Source of the DNA: Glaucostegus cemiculus
Lineage: Eukaryota
NCBI GenBank assembly: GCA_976551045.1
Contig: CDPCPM010000107.1
Span: 4,898,001-4,962,000, forward strand
DNA: 64,000 bases
Direction of reading: 5' to 3'
Within the stretch, counting starts at the first letter, position 1, and each line of letters opens with the position of its first letter. This document shows positions 61,101 to 64,000 of the stretch, piece by piece. A program made the translations under genes and the position numbers. The notes under the pieces are model-generated. The model was not told the DNA's origin, ran no database searches, and was given only the letters and a program-made list of their open reading frames with translations.

Positions 61101-61369
61101 CACAGGATAGTTATCTAAAAATATTGACTTCAGTAATGAGTTGAATTCAACCATATTTTAGAACAGATCATTGTTCATTCCACAAACGCATTAAAGGAAG
61201 ATTATTCTGGGCCTACTCCTAGGTACATTATGTTAGTGACAATCTGAAAATAGGAATATTTGGAATGCACAGCATTTGTGAACTCATTCAAGTGATCACA
61301 AAGAAAACTGGATGTGTCACGTCCCCGGAAATTCAGTGTAACTGAGTAGAGATTGAAGCCTATCTCCTT

Positions 61370-61710
61370 ACAGAGTCATGCTGAATGGAAACAGTTGCTT
61401 TGACCCACAGAGTCTGTACTGACCAGCAAGCTCTCTTTCACACTAATCCTTTTTAAAAATTCTTTCCACATACCCAGAAACTCCATCCAGATTCTACCAC
61501 TTACTTACACACCATGGACAATTTACAGTGGCTAGGCAACCTACCAAACCGCACGTCTTTGGGATACGGGAGGAAACCGGAGCATCCAGAGGAACACCAT
61601 GTGGTCACAGGGAGAACTTACAAACTCCACACAGACAGCGTCAGAGATTAGGATTGAAACTGGGTTATTGGAGCTGCAAGACAGCAGTTTTACTAGCTGT
61701 GCCACTGTGC
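61370..61710 (-). mobile_element. HE1-like V-SINE
   Basis: 'gggaggaaaccggagcatccagagg' V-domain; tRNA head near 61650-61710. Confidence 0.8.
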
Positions 61711-62311
61711 CATCCATTATACATTGTTAGGGTTGCTCTTTAGGGACATTGTTGCAGATCTAACTTAATTGGTTGCTGGTCAAAGGGATTGCCTTCACAT
61801 CAAGAGCCATTTTTAAAAAAGGTGCAACTTCAAATTGATTATTGGTTATTCGTTACAACAATAAAGAAGCATTCAGTGCATTTATTAAAAAAATTGAATT
61901 CAGTCTGCCTGATTCTTTTTAATTAAGTAATCTCTTTCACAATTCCACAGAATGCTGACACAAGACATACTTTTGAGAACAGGACACACTGTACAACTTC
62001 TGCACCTGGAAAAAATCAATGCCAGTGACCTTTGATTTCAGGGACTTAAAATGTTTTTTCCTTGTTCAGGTCACTGTCCGTCCATGAACATGTTGCAACT
62101 GTTTGAACAACAGTTTCCAGAAGTTCTACAAGTACAGAAGAGTACCAAAGAGTGATTGCATTTCAGGTCAGAACACAACCTAACAAATGGGTAAATGGTC
62201 AACTATGCAGTTCTGTCCTCTAATGTTATGTTACTGGACCAGTAGTTGAGAGGGTTGGGTTAATAAACTAAGTTCTCATCTGTTGCTACCTGAAATGACA
62301 ATTGGCCATAT

Positions 62312-62680
62312 TTAGAAACATAGAGACATAGAAAACCTCCAACAAAATACAGGCCCTTCAGCCTACATAGCTGTGCTGAACATGTCCCTACCTCAGAAAT
62401 TACTAGGGTTACCCATAGCTCTCTATTTTTCTCAGCTCCATGTACCTAACCAAAAGACTCTTAAAAGACCCTATTGTATCTGCCTCCACCACCATTGCCG
62501 GCACCCCATTCCACGCACTCACCACTCTCCGAGTAAAAAACTTACCCCTGACATTTCCTCTGTACCTACTCCCCAGCACCTTAAACCTGTGTCCTCTTGT
62601 GGCAACCATTTCAGCCCTGAGAAAAAGCCTCTGATTAGTCACATGATCAATACCTCTCATCACCTTATACCTCTCTATCT
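62312..62680 (-). mobile_element. CR1 3' fragment
   Basis: ORF 62409-62774: YKVMRGIDHV...TRGHRFKV...FFTRRVVSAWN. Confidence 0.9.
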
Positions 62681-63571
62681 TTAGATCAGACAGGTTCAAT
62701 ATTAAAAAGATTCCTTTTTCTTGAATCGGGCTTTTGCCTGGGTATCTAGAGGAGGCCTCTTTTAAAATTGTCATATCGTTGGTGAAATTGGGGCGTTAAA
62801 GCAACACAGTGTATTATTGCATCCTTAGCATCAAGTGAGTGAAGCAAAAACTGAACTCAAAATCTGAAACTGGGTTGCTAGGAAGTACAGTTATCTCTCA
62901 TTGATCTGATATTTGTGCATCTGAAATTCTTATGCAACTAGTAAATATTTCAAAGAATATAAAGAAATTTGTTTTAGTGAAAGTTCAATAAAACAATACA
63001 TTTTACTTCAAGTGTAATTCAAAACAACTATGAAAAGACATTTTTTGGTTGATTTACCTTTATACATAAGGGCAGTGCAGTTGTTGGCTGATTAGTATCA
63101 ACATCCTCTTTGAAGATTTGGAACTTCATGTGATGGTGATTACAGTCATTTATTTGATTTGTTTTTGCTGTATTTTACATTAATACTGTTTAAGATGTAG
63201 AATTGCAGTGCAAAACATTGTTATTTGAGAGCATAAGGAATTACATATAGTTTGGAAATTTATCTAAACGTTTATGCATAGAATGGTGGTGTGTGATGGA
63301 TAGTAATTTTCTCAGAGCAATTCTCATGCAACTAATACATCCATGCAACCAGCACACCCTATTCCCCATGGATGTCAGATGGCTGAGAGTCTATTGTAAT
63401 TACGCGCTACTAGACCTGTGGGAATTGGATACATCAACCAAATTAGGCAGTTAAAATGCTATTTAAACCAGTTTTTAAAATAGCCTTTTTCTTGTTTGAC
63501 CTCAGCTCCATTAAGAAATAGTTCCTTATTAAGACACAGTAATGATCTTATGATGAAGCAGTATATTGGCT

Positions 63572-63950
63572 TAGGGCAGCAAGCAGTGATACAGCAGATA
63601 GCAAAGCTGCCTCACAGTTCCAACAGCCCAGGTTCCATCCTGGCCTCTAGTGCTGTCTGCATGGAGTTTGCATGTTCTGCCTACGTTCATGTGAATTCCA
63701 CCCTCCTCCCCCCCCCCCCCCCCCCCAAGTGCTCTAGTTTCCTCTTACATCCTAAAGATGTAGTGGTTGGTGGGTTAATTTTTCAGCATAAATTTCCCTG
63801 AGTGTATATAGTAGATGGAGAATCAAAGTGGAGATGATGGACATGTGGAAGAGAATAAGTGGAAGTTAGTAGGAGAATAGGATTGATGGGATTGTCCTAA
63901 GAGCCAGTAAATACTTGATGGGCTGACTGATCTCATTCAATGTTATTAGA
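63572..63950 (+). mobile_element. Degenerate V-SINE with an internal poly(C) run
   Basis: B box ggttccatcc; V-domain interrupted by a C-run at about 63707-63725. Confidence 0.7.
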
Positions 63951-64000
63951 AATATGTGAAATGTATATCCAGGCAAGTCCATGGGAAATTATGAACAATG

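Noticed and set aside
63707-63725. Poly(C) run as a functional G-quadruplex
   Set aside because: Lies inside a decayed SINE; homopolymer slippage or sequencing error is sufficient.

Overview
Eukaryotic, repeat-rich, apparently non-genic (intergenic or large-intron) DNA. The repeat inventory (HE1-type V-SINEs, CR1, Rex1/Babar, RTE, Tx1, Penelope-like elements, Deu-domain SINEs) points to a cartilaginous fish, probably a ray or sawfish; the taxon is an inference. I cannot support any host protein-coding exon. Every long ORF I recognise is a retroelement relic, the best preserved being a 2.3-kb 5'-truncated CR1 ORF2 (19.9-22.2 kb) broken by one in-frame stop. Most notable observations: (1) more than a dozen Penelope-derived short repeats carry a minimal hammerhead-ribozyme motif with co-varying stems, several in fold-back pairs; (2) two inverted solo LTRs 4 kb apart each keep their own 5-bp target-site duplication yet share a 139-bp perfectly identical tract, suggesting gene conversion; (3) V-SINEs with the same head carry two different LINE-derived tails; (4) the same CR1/Deu-SINE junction occurs twice; (5) a CpG-rich, nearly repeat-free block at 11-13.9 kb looks like an enhancer or promoter cluster; (6) a 40-bp minisatellite with higher-order structure. 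Repeat boundaries were read by eye and are approximate unless a TSD is given. Family names come from motif recognition, not database searches.
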